The notes: generated by a model from the sequence alone, not told the origin. A DNA stretch of 64,000 nt from Candidatus Rokuibacteriota bacterium (GCA_003220475.1 QHSO01000027.1:530-64529), one strand, 5' to 3'; counted from the stretch's first letter, positions 19,557 through 28,832 are shown. Numbers and translations: made by a program.

Positions 19557-19976
19557 TCAGCGCACCTGGTAACCCTTGTGCGACATGCAGGTCGCATACG
19601 CCTGCTCGTACCCTTCTTTCGACTTTGAATACTTGTACCCTCCGCCGACCGCCGCGCCGCCGACCGCGCCTGTGGCGGCGCCGATAGCCGCGCCGGTTCC
19701 CGCGCTACCCGTCGCGGCACCGATCGCGGCGCCTGCCGCCGCGCCGCCGAGCGCGCCGAGCGCGGCCCCGATGCCGGCGCCTTTCGCGGTCTCCGTGGCC
19801 GGGTCATAGCCAGTCTGTTGCTTTGCCGCGAACTGGCACTCGTTCGTGTCGCGCGCATGCTGCTCGGCGCTCTGACCCTGGACTGGCGTGGTGAACGTCG
19901 AGGGCCGCGGCGGCTCCGACGTGGCACAGGCGGACACTGCGAGCATCACCAGGACGACTCCAACCGCTCGCTTCAT
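19557..19976 (-). CDS. glycine-zipper lipoprotein
   Basis: Signal peptide with lipobox (LAVSAC). Long GxxxG/A-rich glycine-zipper segment. 139 aa. Confidence 0.7.
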   Translation of the reverse strand: MKRAVGVVLVMLAVSACATSEPPRPSTFTTPVQGQSAEQHARDTNECQFAAKQQTGYDPATETAKGAGIGAALGALGGAAAGAAIGAATGSAGTGAAIGAATGAVGGAAVGGGYKYSKSKEGYEQAYATCMSHKGYQVR

Positions 19977-20052
19977 CCGACGTCTCCTCTGGACATCCGG
20001 TGTGAACCGCGAGCCGGGGTCGCCCTCCCGGAAGGGTGCTAACGGCGCGGCA

Positions 20053-21060
20053 TTATGCCATGAGGAACGGCAAGACCTCGTCGCCGAGCAGCCGGATGCT
20101 ACGGAGCACGCGCGCCGGATCCATGCCCGGCCACTGCACGCGCACGATCAGATCGGTAATGCCGAGCCGCTCTTGATAGCGGGCGATCTCCTCGCGCACG
20201 CGCTCAGGGTCGCCGATGAGGAAGCGGTCGCGCGTGAGCGTGTCGAAGTCGTGCGCGAAGCTCTCGCCCGCGGGCAGCGCCTTGTCCTGCTCCCACGCGC
20301 GATACGCGGCGTACTTGCCCTCGAGGAATGGCCGCGCCTCCGCAAGCGCCGTCTTCGCGTCGGGCGCCACGTAGCACTCGCGGATCAGCGGGATCGCGCG
20401 CGCGGGCGGACGCCCGAGCGCGTCGCGGGTCTCGTGGAAGCGCGCCAGCTGCCGCTCGAGGGTCGACAGCGTCGAGTGCGGATTCATCAGCCATGCGTCG
20501 GCCAGCCGCGCCGCGCGCTTGACGCCGGCGTCGGCGTTCGCGGCGAGCCAGATCGGCGGTCGCGGCTGCTGCAACGGCCGCAGCGAGATGCGCACGTCGC
20601 GCAGCTGGAAGTGCTTGCCCTGGTAGACCACAGGCTCGCCGCTCCAGAGCCGCTCGAGCACCTCGATCCCCTCCTCGAGCCGTCCAACCCGCGCGCGCGG
20701 ATCGACGCCGAGCGCCGCGTTCTCGACGTCGCGATACCCGAGCCCGACACCGAAGATGAAGCGCCCGCCCGTGATGACGTCGAGCGTCGCGATCTGCTCG
20801 GCCACGTCCACCGGCGCGTGCAGCGGCAGCAGCAACACGCCGGTGCCGAGCGACATCTCGCCCGCCTCCGCCGCCACCCGCCCCAGCGTCGGCAACGGCT
20901 GGAAGTAGGTGTAGGGCGCGGCCACATAGTGCTGGCTGGCCCAGACGTGGGAGAAGCCGGCCGCGCGCGCCGCCCGCACCTGCGCGAGATGCTCCGCGAA
21001 CCGCGTGGCCTGCGGGTCCTCGGGCGGGTGCTGGACCGACAGCCCGAGCCCGAGCCGCAT
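20053..21060 (-). CDS. LLM-class flavin-dependent oxidoreductase
   Basis: 335 aa. Luciferase-like pattern (GFSHVWASQHY..., GGRFIFGVGLGY). The start abuts the upstream stop. Confidence 0.85.
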   Translation of the reverse strand: MRLGLGLSVQHPPEDPQATRFAEHLAQVRAARAAGFSHVWASQHYVAAPYTYFQPLPTLGRVAAEAGEMSLGTGVLLLPLHAPVDVAEQIATLDVITGGRFIFGVGLGYRDVENAALGVDPRARVGRLEEGIEVLERLWSGEPVVYQGKHFQLRDVRISLRPLQQPRPPIWLAANADAGVKRAARLADAWLMNPHSTLSTLERQLARFHETRDALGRPPARAIPLIRECYVAPDAKTALAEARPFLEGKYAAYRAWEQDKALPAGESFAHDFDTLTRDRFLIGDPERVREEIARYQERLGITDLIVRVQWPGMDPARVLRSIRLLGDEVLPFLMA

Positions 21061-22386
21061 CTACTGGCGCGCGAGCACGCGCGCGAGCGCGTTCACGAAG
21101 CGATCCACGTCGTCATCGCTGGTCGCCAGCGCGATGGCGCCGAGCCCGCGCTGGGTCATTAGGATGCCTTCGTTGAGCAGCCCCATGAACACGCGCAGCG
21201 GGACCTCGAGATCTTTTGGACGCGCGGAGCGATAGTCGGTGAGCTTCTCCGTCGTCCAGTGCAGCCAGAACAGCGACCCCACGCCGCTCACCTGTCCGCG
21301 GCGACGCGTGGCGGCGAGCAGACGCGAGATGCCGCCGCGCAACCGCTCGCCGAGCGCATCCAGCCGCCCGTAGGCCTCGGGCGTGAGCGCGTTGAGCGTG
21401 GCGAGCCCGGCGGCCATCGTGACGGGATTCGCGTTGAACGTCCCGCCCTGGCTGATGCGGGCTGCGCCCTGCCGCGGATCGTAGAACGCCATGATGTCGC
21501 GTCGCCCGCCGAACGCGCCGACAGGCAGCCCGCCGCCGATGATCTTGCCGAGCGTGGTGAGATCGGGCCGCACGCCGAACAGCTCTTGCGCACCGCCCCA
21601 CGCCACGCGGAAAGAGATCACCTCGTCGAAGATCAGCACGATCCCGCGGCGCTGCGTCTCCTCGCGCAGCCACGCCAGAAAGCCGTCGGCGGGCGGAATG
21701 AGGCCAGCGTTGCACAGGATCGGATCGACGATCAGCGCGGCGATCTGCTCGCCGTCGCGCGCGAGGATCTCGCCGCACGCCTCCTGGTCGTTCCACGGCA
21801 GGACGACGACGTGCTTGAGCACCGCGGGCGGGATGCCCGCCGACCCCGCGATCGGCTTGGGCCGCTTGCGATTGCCAGCGGCCTTGGGATCCGGCGAGAC
21901 GCTCACCATCACCCAGTCGTGCGTGCCGTGGAAGGCGCCCTCGAACTTTGCGATCTTCGCGCGACCGGTGAACGCGCGCGCCAGCCGCACGGCGTTCATC
22001 GTGGCTTCCGTGCCGGAATTCGTGAAGCGGATGCTCTCGAGCGACGGCATGCGTCGCGTCAGCGCCTCGGCCAGACGAATCTCGTGCTCCGTCGGTCCGG
22101 GGAACGACAGGCCGTTCTCGGCGACGCCCTGCACGGCCTTCACGACGTCGCCGTGCGCGTGGCCCAGCACGAGGCTGGTGTAGTTGCCGTTGAAATCCAG
22201 CCGCTCGATCCCGTCGGCATCCCAGATGTGCGCGCCCTGGCCGCGCTGGAAGTAGAACGGGTATGGGTCGAAGAAGGTCGTGGTGCGGCTGTTGCCGCCC
22301 GGCATGACGGCCAGCGCTTCTTCGTGCAACGTCCGCGAGCGGGCGGTCTTCGACGCGTACTCGGTGAGTTCCTTATCCAGACTCAT
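21061..22386 (-). CDS. class-III aminotransferase (glutamate-1-semialdehyde aminomutase-like)
   Basis: Starts MSLDKELTEY (ATG 22386). Contains FTNSGTEATMNAVRLAR and DEVISFR...TLGKIIGGG (PLP lysine region). 441 aa. Confidence 0.85.
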   Translation of the reverse strand: MSLDKELTEYASKTARSRTLHEEALAVMPGGNSRTTTFFDPYPFYFQRGQGAHIWDADGIERLDFNGNYTSLVLGHAHGDVVKAVQGVAENGLSFPGPTEHEIRLAEALTRRMPSLESIRFTNSGTEATMNAVRLARAFTGRAKIAKFEGAFHGTHDWVMVSVSPDPKAAGNRKRPKPIAGSAGIPPAVLKHVVVLPWNDQEACGEILARDGEQIAALIVDPILCNAGLIPPADGFLAWLREETQRRGIVLIFDEVISFRVAWGGAQELFGVRPDLTTLGKIIGGGLPVGAFGGRRDIMAFYDPRQGAARISQGGTFNANPVTMAAGLATLNALTPEAYGRLDALGERLRGGISRLLAATRRRGQVSGVGSLFWLHWTTEKLTDYRSARPKDLEVPLRVFMGLLNEGILMTQRGLGAIALATSDDDVDRFVNALARVLARQ

Positions 22387-23321
22387 CAGGCGATCTCCTG
22401 TAGCTCGACGGCCGCGAGGGCGGCGTCGGACTCTCTGAGCAGGCGGTGGGCGGCGGCGACGTCCACGGCTGTGAAGCGCAGTCGCTGGCCGGGCTTGGCC
22501 TGGCCGACGCGCGCGATGTCGAAGGAGCATACGGTGGCGATCTTCGTATAGCCACCGGTGGACTGGCGGTCCACCAGCAGCACGATGGGCTGGCCATCGC
22601 CCGGCACCTGCACGGCGCCGAGCGCGATGCCGTCGGAGATGATGTCGTGCCCGCCGGCGTGGGCGATGCGCGGGCCGTTCAGTCGCGCGCCCATGCGGTC
22701 CGACTGCGGCAGCACCTCGTACGCCGAGTCGAGGAACGTGACCACGCCTTCATTGGTGAAGCGATCGGCCTGCGGACCCAGCACGACGCGCAGGACGGTT
22801 TCGCCGCCCCAGCGCGGACGCGCGGCCTCGGGCACGGTGCGCGGCCTGGCCGTGCGCGCATGTCCGAGCGGCAGGCGGTCGTCGCGCGCCAGCGCGCGGC
22901 CGTGCACGCCACCCATCCGCCCGCGCAGGTACGTGGCGCGCGAGCCGAGGACCGGCGCCACGTCGATGCCGCCCGCGACGGCGATGTAGCCGCGCACGCC
23001 GGCGCGCGCGGCGCCGATCTTCATGACGTCGCCGGCCTCGAGGGCGAGCGTCGTCCACGTCGGCGCCGGCGCGTCGTTGATGGTCACGGGCGCGTCGGCG
23101 CCGCTGACCGCGAGCGTGCACGGCGTCTCCGCGCGCAGCCGCGGGCCCATCAGCGTGAATTCGAGCGCGGCCGCGCCATCGAGGTTCCCCACGAGCCGAT
23201 TGGCCAGGACGAACGACGAGCGGTCGACGGGACCGGAGGGCGGGATGCCGTAACGCATCTGGCCGGTGCGACCGACGTCCTGCACCGTCGTCTGCGGGCC
23301 GGGCTCGAGGACGCGGATCAT
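22386..23321 (-). CDS. pxpC: 5-oxoprolinase subunit C-like / biotin-dependent carboxyltransferase family (KipA-like)
   Basis: True start MIRVLEPGPQTTVQDVGR at ATG 23321. The 13 extra codons of the track ORF are repeat-A sequence. Confidence 0.85.
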   Translation of the reverse strand: MIRVLEPGPQTTVQDVGRTGQMRYGIPPSGPVDRSSFVLANRLVGNLDGAAALEFTLMGPRLRAETPCTLAVSGADAPVTINDAPAPTWTTLALEAGDVMKIGAARAGVRGYIAVAGGIDVAPVLGSRATYLRGRMGGVHGRALARDDRLPLGHARTARPRTVPEAARPRWGGETVLRVVLGPQADRFTNEGVVTFLDSAYEVLPQSDRMGARLNGPRIAHAGGHDIISDGIALGAVQVPGDGQPIVLLVDRQSTGGYTKIATVCSFDIARVGQAKPGQRLRFTAVDVAAAHRLLRESDAALAAVELQEIA

Positions 23322-23328
23322 CTGTAAC

Positions 23329-23399
23329 TGGGGGCCCCGACATGGCCCCCAGACCCCCAACTCTCGGACGCGCCCCGGCGTAGCCGTGTCGCGCCTCGG
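23329..23399 (+). repeat. repeat family A copy
   Basis: TGGGGGCCCCGACATGGCCCCCAGACCCCC...CCGGCGTAGCCG...CCTCGG lies between pxpB and pxpC. Confidence 0.9.
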
Positions 23400-23415
23400 G
23401 ATCGCGCCACCCGAA

Positions 23416-24123
23416 TCATCGGATCACCGGCGAAAAGCGGCCGGCCGCCACACGCGAAGCGATATCGTCGAACTCGCCGCGCTCGATCCGACGAAAGCGA
23501 ACGCGATCACCGGGCTTCAACAGAATGGGCTCAGCAGCCTCGGGATCGTAGAGCCGCACCGGCGTGCGTCCGAGCAGCCAGAAGCCGCCGGGACTGTCCA
23601 CGGAGTAGACGCAGCACTGGATGCCGCCGATGGCCACGCTACCCGCGGGGACCTTCACCCGCGGTGTGTCCAGGCGCGGGATCGTCAAGCGCTCGGGCGC
23701 GCCGGTCATGTACGGCAGGCCCGGCGTGAAGCCGATGAAGTACACGAGGTACTCCGCGCCCGCGTGCAACCGCACGAGCTCGTCCATCGACAGCTCGAGC
23801 CGCCGCGCGGCGGCCTCGAGGTCGAGCCCGAGCTCGCCGCCGTAACAGCACGGCAACTCCACCTCGCGCGCGGGCGGCATGGCCGTCGTCGTCGTCTGCT
23901 CGGAGAGCGTCGCGAGCTGCGCGCAGAGCGCCTCGTAGCCGACGACCGACGGATCGTAGTAGACGAGCAGCGAGCGGTACGTGGGGACGGTCTCGACGAC
24001 GCCGGGCAGCGCCTTGTGCTCGATCAGGTACTCGAGGGCGCGGACGCGCGTGTTGACCTGCACGCTGATCTCCTCGCCGAGCTCGATGGACACCGCGAGG
24101 TCGCCGGCGGGGAGAAACCTCAA
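23416..24123 (-). CDS. pxpB: 5-oxoprolinase subunit B-like (KipI-like)
   Basis: Begins MRFLPAGDLAVSIELGEEIS...VVETVPTYRSLLVYYDP. 235 aa. Confidence 0.85.
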   Translation of the reverse strand: MRFLPAGDLAVSIELGEEISVQVNTRVRALEYLIEHKALPGVVETVPTYRSLLVYYDPSVVGYEALCAQLATLSEQTTTTAMPPAREVELPCCYGGELGLDLEAAARRLELSMDELVRLHAGAEYLVYFIGFTPGLPYMTGAPERLTIPRLDTPRVKVPAGSVAIGGIQCCVYSVDSPGGFWLLGRTPVRLYDPEAAEPILLKPGDRVRFRRIERGEFDDIASRVAAGRFSPVIR

Positions 24124-24127
24124 CGGC

Positions 24128-24756
24128 CTAGAACGCGGCGAGCGCGGAGTTGGGGAGATCGGTGATGAACATGTGACCGGGGCTGTGCGTGAGCATGAAG
24201 GGCGGCTTGCTCGCGAGGGCCACCGCCTGCGGCGTCACACCGCACGCCCAGAACACCGGCACGTCGCCGGCGCGGAACGGCTGCGCGTCGCCCCAGTCGG
24301 GCTTGCTGATGTCCTTGATGCCGAGCGCGGCCGGATCGCCGATGTGCACCGGCGCGCCGTGGGCGTTCGGAAAGCGCGCGCTCGCCGTGACGGCCTTGGA
24401 CAGCTGCGTCGACGGGATCGGCCGCATCGAGACCACCATCGGACCGTGGAACACGCCGGCCGGTCGGCACGGCGTGGACGTCTTCCACATGGCGACGTTC
24501 TTGCCGTGCTTGACGTGCCAGAGATCGATGCCCGCCTCCAGCAGCGCCCATTCGAACGTGAACGAGCAGCCGAGGAGAAACGCGACGAAGTCGTCGCGCC
24601 AGTACGGCGTCGCATCCGTGACCTCGCATAGTCCTTCGGCAGCACGGCGAGGTTGGCCTGCACGTAGCCCTCGCCCAATCCGGCCGTCACGCTGCTGAGC
24701 TTGCTGCTGCGGATATCGGCGCGAATCTCGCGCGGATGGCGTCGATCGATCGCCAT
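24128..24756 (-). pseudogene. DUF1445 putative hydro-lyase (D-glutamate cyclase-like), internally deleted and frameshifted
   Basis: The N-terminal 44 aa (MAIDRRHPREIRADIRS...QANLAVLPKDYA) are in one frame. The C-terminal ~165 aa (EVTDATPYWRDDFVAFLLGCSFTFE...FWACGVTPQ...THSPGHMFITD) are in another. Junction near 24623-24628. The conserved middle segment is absent. Confidence 0.7.
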
Positions 24757-24765
24757 GGGGGGATT

Positions 24766-25749
24766 CTACCTGATTCCCACCCGCGGCCAGACCTCGGGGT
24801 TGGCGAGCACGTGCGGCCGCTCGCCGCGCAGCACGCGCAGCATCTCGCTCGTCACCTGGATCGTCGCCGTGTGCGTGGCCTCGGCGGTGACGCCGGCCAC
24901 GTGCGACGAGACGACGACGTTGTCGAGGTTGAGCAGCGGGTTGTCGCGGGGCGTCGGCTCCTGCTCGAAGACGTCGAGACCGGCCGCGCCGAGCTGACCC
25001 TTGACGAGCGCCTCGAAGACTGCGCGCTCCTGCTGCACGCCGCCGCGCGACGTGTTCACGAAGATCGCGCCGCGCTTCATGAGGCCGAGCGTGCGCTCGT
25101 TGATCATGCCGCGCGTCTCGTCGGTGAGCGGCGTGTGGCACGTGAGCAGATCGGCCTGCGGCAGCAACGCGTCCAGGCTGCGCACCGGCTCGGCGCCGCG
25201 CCGGCGGATCTCATCGTCGGCGACATACGGGTCGAAGGCGAGCACGCGCATGCCCAGCGCGCCGGCGAACTTCGCCACGAGGCGCCCGATATTGCCGATG
25301 CCGACGATGCCGAGCGTCTTGCCCTTCAGCTCGGCGTTGCCGCCCTGCCGCGCGCTCCAGTTGCCCTCGCGCGTCCAGCGGTCGACCTGGCGCGCGCGCT
25401 TGGCGCACATGAGCATGAGCATCAGCGCGTGCTCGGCGACGGACTGCGAGTTGCTGCCGGGTGCGTGCACCACCGCCACCCCGAGCTTCGTTGCGGCCGG
25501 AATGTCGACCGTGTCGAGGCCAACTCCATGTCGCCCGACGACCTTGAGCCGCTTGCAGGCAACCATCAGGCTCGCCGTGCACATCGGCTTGGTCCGGAAC
25601 AGCAACCCATCGGCCTCCGCGGCCATCTTCAGAAATCCGGCTTCGGTCTCGTCGTCGCACACGACCACGCGCGCTTCGGTCTCGAGGTTGGCGCGGCCGG
25701 CGGGATGGATGGGGCCGGCGAGGACGACGAGGGGACGATCGATGGCCAT
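24766..25749 (-). CDS. D-isomer-specific 2-hydroxyacid dehydrogenase (phosphoglycerate dehydrogenase-like)
   Basis: Starts MAIDRPLVVL (ATG 25749). NAD motif GIVGIGNIGRLVA, then NTSRGG and SSHVAG. 327 aa, intact. Confidence 0.85.
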   Translation of the reverse strand: MAIDRPLVVLAGPIHPAGRANLETEARVVVCDDETEAGFLKMAAEADGLLFRTKPMCTASLMVACKRLKVVGRHGVGLDTVDIPAATKLGVAVVHAPGSNSQSVAEHALMLMLMCAKRARQVDRWTREGNWSARQGGNAELKGKTLGIVGIGNIGRLVAKFAGALGMRVLAFDPYVADDEIRRRGAEPVRSLDALLPQADLLTCHTPLTDETRGMINERTLGLMKRGAIFVNTSRGGVQQERAVFEALVKGQLGAAGLDVFEQEPTPRDNPLLNLDNVVVSSHVAGVTAEATHTATIQVTSEMLRVLRGERPHVLANPEVWPRVGIR

Positions 25750-25777
25750 GACGAACGCTCTCCTTTGGGGTGCCGGA

Positions 25778-26530
25778 TTACTTGCGCGCCACGAGCACCA
25801 GCCGTGGCGCATCGAGCGAGAACGGCGTGCCGTCGAGACCGCCGTAGAGGTCGACGTGGCTCCAGCGCTCGGGCCGCAGCATGGCGGACAGCTCGTGCGC
25901 GGAGTAGAGACGGATATCGGTCTCGCCGAGGAACTCGCCGGCATCGAGCGGCGCCGGCACGGGCGAGGCCACACGGAACCAGCGCGCGCGCCAGCGACTG
26001 GTGGCCGGATCGAAGAGGTTCTCGATCCGCAGCGTCCAGTCGTCGAACTGACGGCGCTCCTCCGCGGGCAGGGACTTCACACACTGGTCGCGGTTCTTCG
26101 TGTCCAGCACGAAGGCGCCGCCCGGCACCAGCGCGCGCCAGAAGCGGTCGATGAGCTGGCGGTCCTCGTCGTCGGTGAAGTAGCCGATCGACTGCTCGAG
26201 GTTGACGGCCAGATCGAACTCCGACGCGAAATCCGTGTCGCGCATGTCGGCGCCCACGAACTCGGCGACCACGCCGGCCCCACGCGCGGCGTCGTGCGCG
26301 CGGCCGAGCTCGGTCTCGTTGAAGTCGACGCCGGTCACCTTGTAGCCGAGGCGCGCGAACGCGACGGCGTGGCGGCCGAAGCCGCACGGCGAGTCCAGCA
26401 CGCGCGCGCCCGGCTTGAGGCCGGTGACGCCGATCATCCAGCGCACGGCGCCGCGCGCGCCCGCCTCGGGCTCGAGCGCCTGCGAGATCGTCGGCCACGT
26501 TTCGCGGAAGAAGCGTTCGCTCTGGAACAC
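25778..26530 (-). CDS. class I SAM-dependent methyltransferase
   Basis: Motif I VLDSPCGFGRH. 250 aa. Confidence 0.8.
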   Translation of the reverse strand: MFQSERFFRETWPTISQALEPEAGARGAVRWMIGVTGLKPGARVLDSPCGFGRHAVAFARLGYKVTGVDFNETELGRAHDAARGAGVVAEFVGADMRDTDFASEFDLAVNLEQSIGYFTDDEDRQLIDRFWRALVPGGAFVLDTKNRDQCVKSLPAEERRQFDDWTLRIENLFDPATSRWRARWFRVASPVPAPLDAGEFLGETDIRLYSAHELSAMLRPERWSHVDLYGGLDGTPFSLDAPRLVLVARK

Positions 26531-26601
26531 CGCGGCTATTATAGTCGCTGCATGAGCACGCTCGTGTCGGCGGCGCGCCGGCGTTCGTAAGCGCGTACCG
26601 A

Positions 26602-27135
26602 GTGCGCGCCGCCGCCGAGGCGGATGCCGCGGCGATCTGCGAGATCTACAACCAGGGCATCGAGGATCGACTGGCCACGCTCGAAACCGAGCTACGCACG
26701 CCCGAGGAGCGGCGGCAGTGGCTCAAGTCGCGCGCCCCGCGCCATCCCGTGATCGTCGCCGAAACGACGCAGCCGGATCCCATCTCGAACAGGCCACCCA
26801 CGGCCCAAGCCGGCCTCGCGGCACCCGTTACAGTAGGCTGGGGCAGCCTCAACCCGTACAACCCGCGCGAGGCGTACCGTCACGTCGCCGACTTCTCGAT
26901 CTACGTCGAGCGTGCGTATCGCGGCCGCGGCGTCGGCAAGCTGGTGCTCACGCGTCTGATCGAGCTCGCGCGCGAGCTCGGCTATCACAAGCTGGTGCTC
27001 TCCGCGTTTCCGTTCAACGCCGCGGGCATGGCGCTCTACGTGCGCCAGGGCTTCCGCACCGTCGGCATCTTCAAGGAGCAGGGACTGCTCGACGGCCGCT
27101 GGGTCGACACGATCGTGATGGAGAAGCTGCTCTAG
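26602..27135 (+). CDS. GNAT N-acetyltransferase (phosphinothricin/MSO acetyltransferase-like) with in-frame repeat insertion
   Basis: GTG start. Contains ICEIYNQGI and the acetyl-CoA motif RGRGVGKLVL. About 20 extra residues (QPDPISNRPPTAQAGLAAPVTV) are encoded by repeat B. Confidence 0.85.
   Translation: MRAAAEADAAAICEIYNQGIEDRLATLETELRTPEERRQWLKSRAPRHPVIVAETTQPDPISNRPPTAQAGLAAPVTVGWGSLNPYNPREAYRHVADFSIYVERAYRGRGVGKLVLTRLIELARELGYHKLVLSAFPFNAAGMALYVRQGFRTVGIFKEQGLLDGRWVDTIVMEKLL
26770..26836 (+). repeat. repeat family B copy (inside GNAT coding sequence)
   Basis: Aligns with the reverse complement of 10727-10793. A local cluster of A/T-ending rare codons (AGG, CCA, CAA, GCA, GTT, ACA, GTA) sits in an otherwise GC3-rich gene. 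Confidence 0.75.
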
Positions 27136-27138
27136 TCC

Positions 27139-28083
27139 TCAGCGGTTGAGATGGGCCAGCGCCAGGCCGGGGCGCGGCCAGTCGAACGACACCAGCCGGC
27201 CGCTCATCGAGAGCGTCGCGAACGCCGTCGTCAGCTCGCGCCCGCCGAAGCACACGTTCGTCACCATCATATCGGGCAGCACGTACTGATCGACACGCCT
27301 GCCGTCGGGCCAGATGTCGGTGACGGCGCCGGTGATGAGCGTGGCCACGCACACGTGCCCCTCGGCGTCGACGGCGAGTGAGTCGAACATCTGATATCCG
27401 CCGAGGCCGATGACGACGCGACCCTTCTCGCCGCGGTAGGCCCCGTTGGCCGACTCGATCTGACCGGGCGCCGAGAGACTGAACGACCAGCAGCGCGCGG
27501 TCGGCGTTTCCACAACATAGAGCGTGCGGCCGTCGGGCGACAGCCCGATGCCGTTGGGCCGCTCCAGCGGGAAAATCGCCTCGCGGATCGACGAGCCGTC
27601 GGCCTTGGCATAGTAGACGGCGCCGCGGTCGGCATCACGCTCGCGCGTCTTGCCGAGGTCGGTGAACCAGAACCCGCCCGCATCGTCGAACACGAGATCG
27701 TTCGGGCCGCAGAGACGGCGGCCGTCGCAGCGGTCGTACAGCGTCTCGAATTTCCCGCTCTCGGGATCGACTACCTGGATGCTGCCGGTCGTGTAGTCGT
27801 CGGCCTGCGCCACCGGAAAGAGTTTGCCCGGCCGCTCGATGAACTTCAGCCCGCCGTTGTTGGTGACGTACATCTTGCCGCCGGGGCCCATCGCCGCGCC
27901 GTTGGGGCCGCCGCCGAGGCGTGCGATGACGTGGATCTTACCGTCAGGCGTCACGCGCGACAGCGTGCGGCGCTCGATCTCGACGAGCACGACCGAGCCG
28001 TCGGGCATGGCCACCGGGCCTTCGGGAAAGCGCAGACCGGTCGCCAGCTCGTGAAATCGCGGGGTGAAACTCGTGACGTTCAT
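27139..28083 (-). CDS. SMP-30/gluconolactonase/LRE family protein
   Basis: Starts MNVTSFTPRFHELATGLRFPEGP (ATG 28083, ATGA overlap). Six-bladed propeller-type repeats. 314 aa. Confidence 0.85.
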   Translation of the reverse strand: MNVTSFTPRFHELATGLRFPEGPVAMPDGSVVLVEIERRTLSRVTPDGKIHVIARLGGGPNGAAMGPGGKMYVTNNGGLKFIERPGKLFPVAQADDYTTGSIQVVDPESGKFETLYDRCDGRRLCGPNDLVFDDAGGFWFTDLGKTRERDADRGAVYYAKADGSSIREAIFPLERPNGIGLSPDGRTLYVVETPTARCWSFSLSAPGQIESANGAYRGEKGRVVIGLGGYQMFDSLAVDAEGHVCVATLITGAVTDIWPDGRRVDQYVLPDMMVTNVCFGGRELTTAFATLSMSGRLVSFDWPRPGLALAHLNR

Positions 28084-28832
28084 CGCGCCGCCCCCACCGC
28101 CGCCGGCGCGGCAAGCTCGAAGAGTCGGCCGAAGCCGCGGACCGGCTCGCTGACGCCGATCGCTCCAAGCGCCATCCAGATCGTGGCCTGGTTGGAGGTG
28201 ACCACCGGCTTGCCCGTGCGCCGCTCGAGTGCGTCGACGGCCTCGACGGCGCGCCACGCGGTACACGAGCAGAGCAGCGCGTCGGCCTCGGCGCGGCAGA
28301 CCCGGGACGCAAACGCGACGACGGATTCCGGGCTCTGGTCGTTGATGCCTTGATTGCCCGACGCCGCCGCGTCCGGCTCGCCGTCGACGTTGAGCACGTC
28401 GAAGCCCTCGGCCTCGAGATACGCGCGCAGTCGCTGGTTGTTCCAGTCGGGGTACGGCGTCGCCACCGAGATGCGACGTACGCCGAACGCGCGCAGCGCG
28501 GCCACGACGGACGGCGTCGTCGCCACCGCCGGAACGCCGGCGGCGCGCTCGATGAGCGCGAGCATCTCGCGGTCCCAGCCCGGTCCTTTATAGAAGGACC
28601 CCGTCGTGCAGCCGTACGCGATGACGTCCACCCGCGCGGTGGCCAGATAGCGCGCGCCCGTCTCGATCTCGCCGTTCATGCGGGCATAGGCGCCGTCCCC
28701 GTTGGCATCGTTCGTCATCCACAGCCGCTGCCCGTGCACGGTGACGCCACGGGGCACGACCATGGCGAAGTCGGCCTCGCAGGTCGTGTTCGTCGACGGC
28801 ACCATCACGCCGATGCGCTTGCGCACGCTCAT
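28080..28832 (-). CDS. maleate cis-trans isomerase / Asp-Glu racemase superfamily protein
   Basis: Starts MSVRKRIGVMVPSTNTT. Two catalytic-type Cys contexts (YGCTTGS, CSCTAW). 250 aa. Confidence 0.8.
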   Translation of the reverse strand: MSVRKRIGVMVPSTNTTCEADFAMVVPRGVTVHGQRLWMTNDANGDGAYARMNGEIETGARYLATARVDVIAYGCTTGSFYKGPGWDREMLALIERAAGVPAVATTPSVVAALRAFGVRRISVATPYPDWNNQRLRAYLEAEGFDVLNVDGEPDAAASGNQGINDQSPESVVAFASRVCRAEADALLCSCTAWRAVEAVDALERRTGKPVVTSNQATIWMALGAIGVSEPVRGFGRLFELAAPAAVGAAR

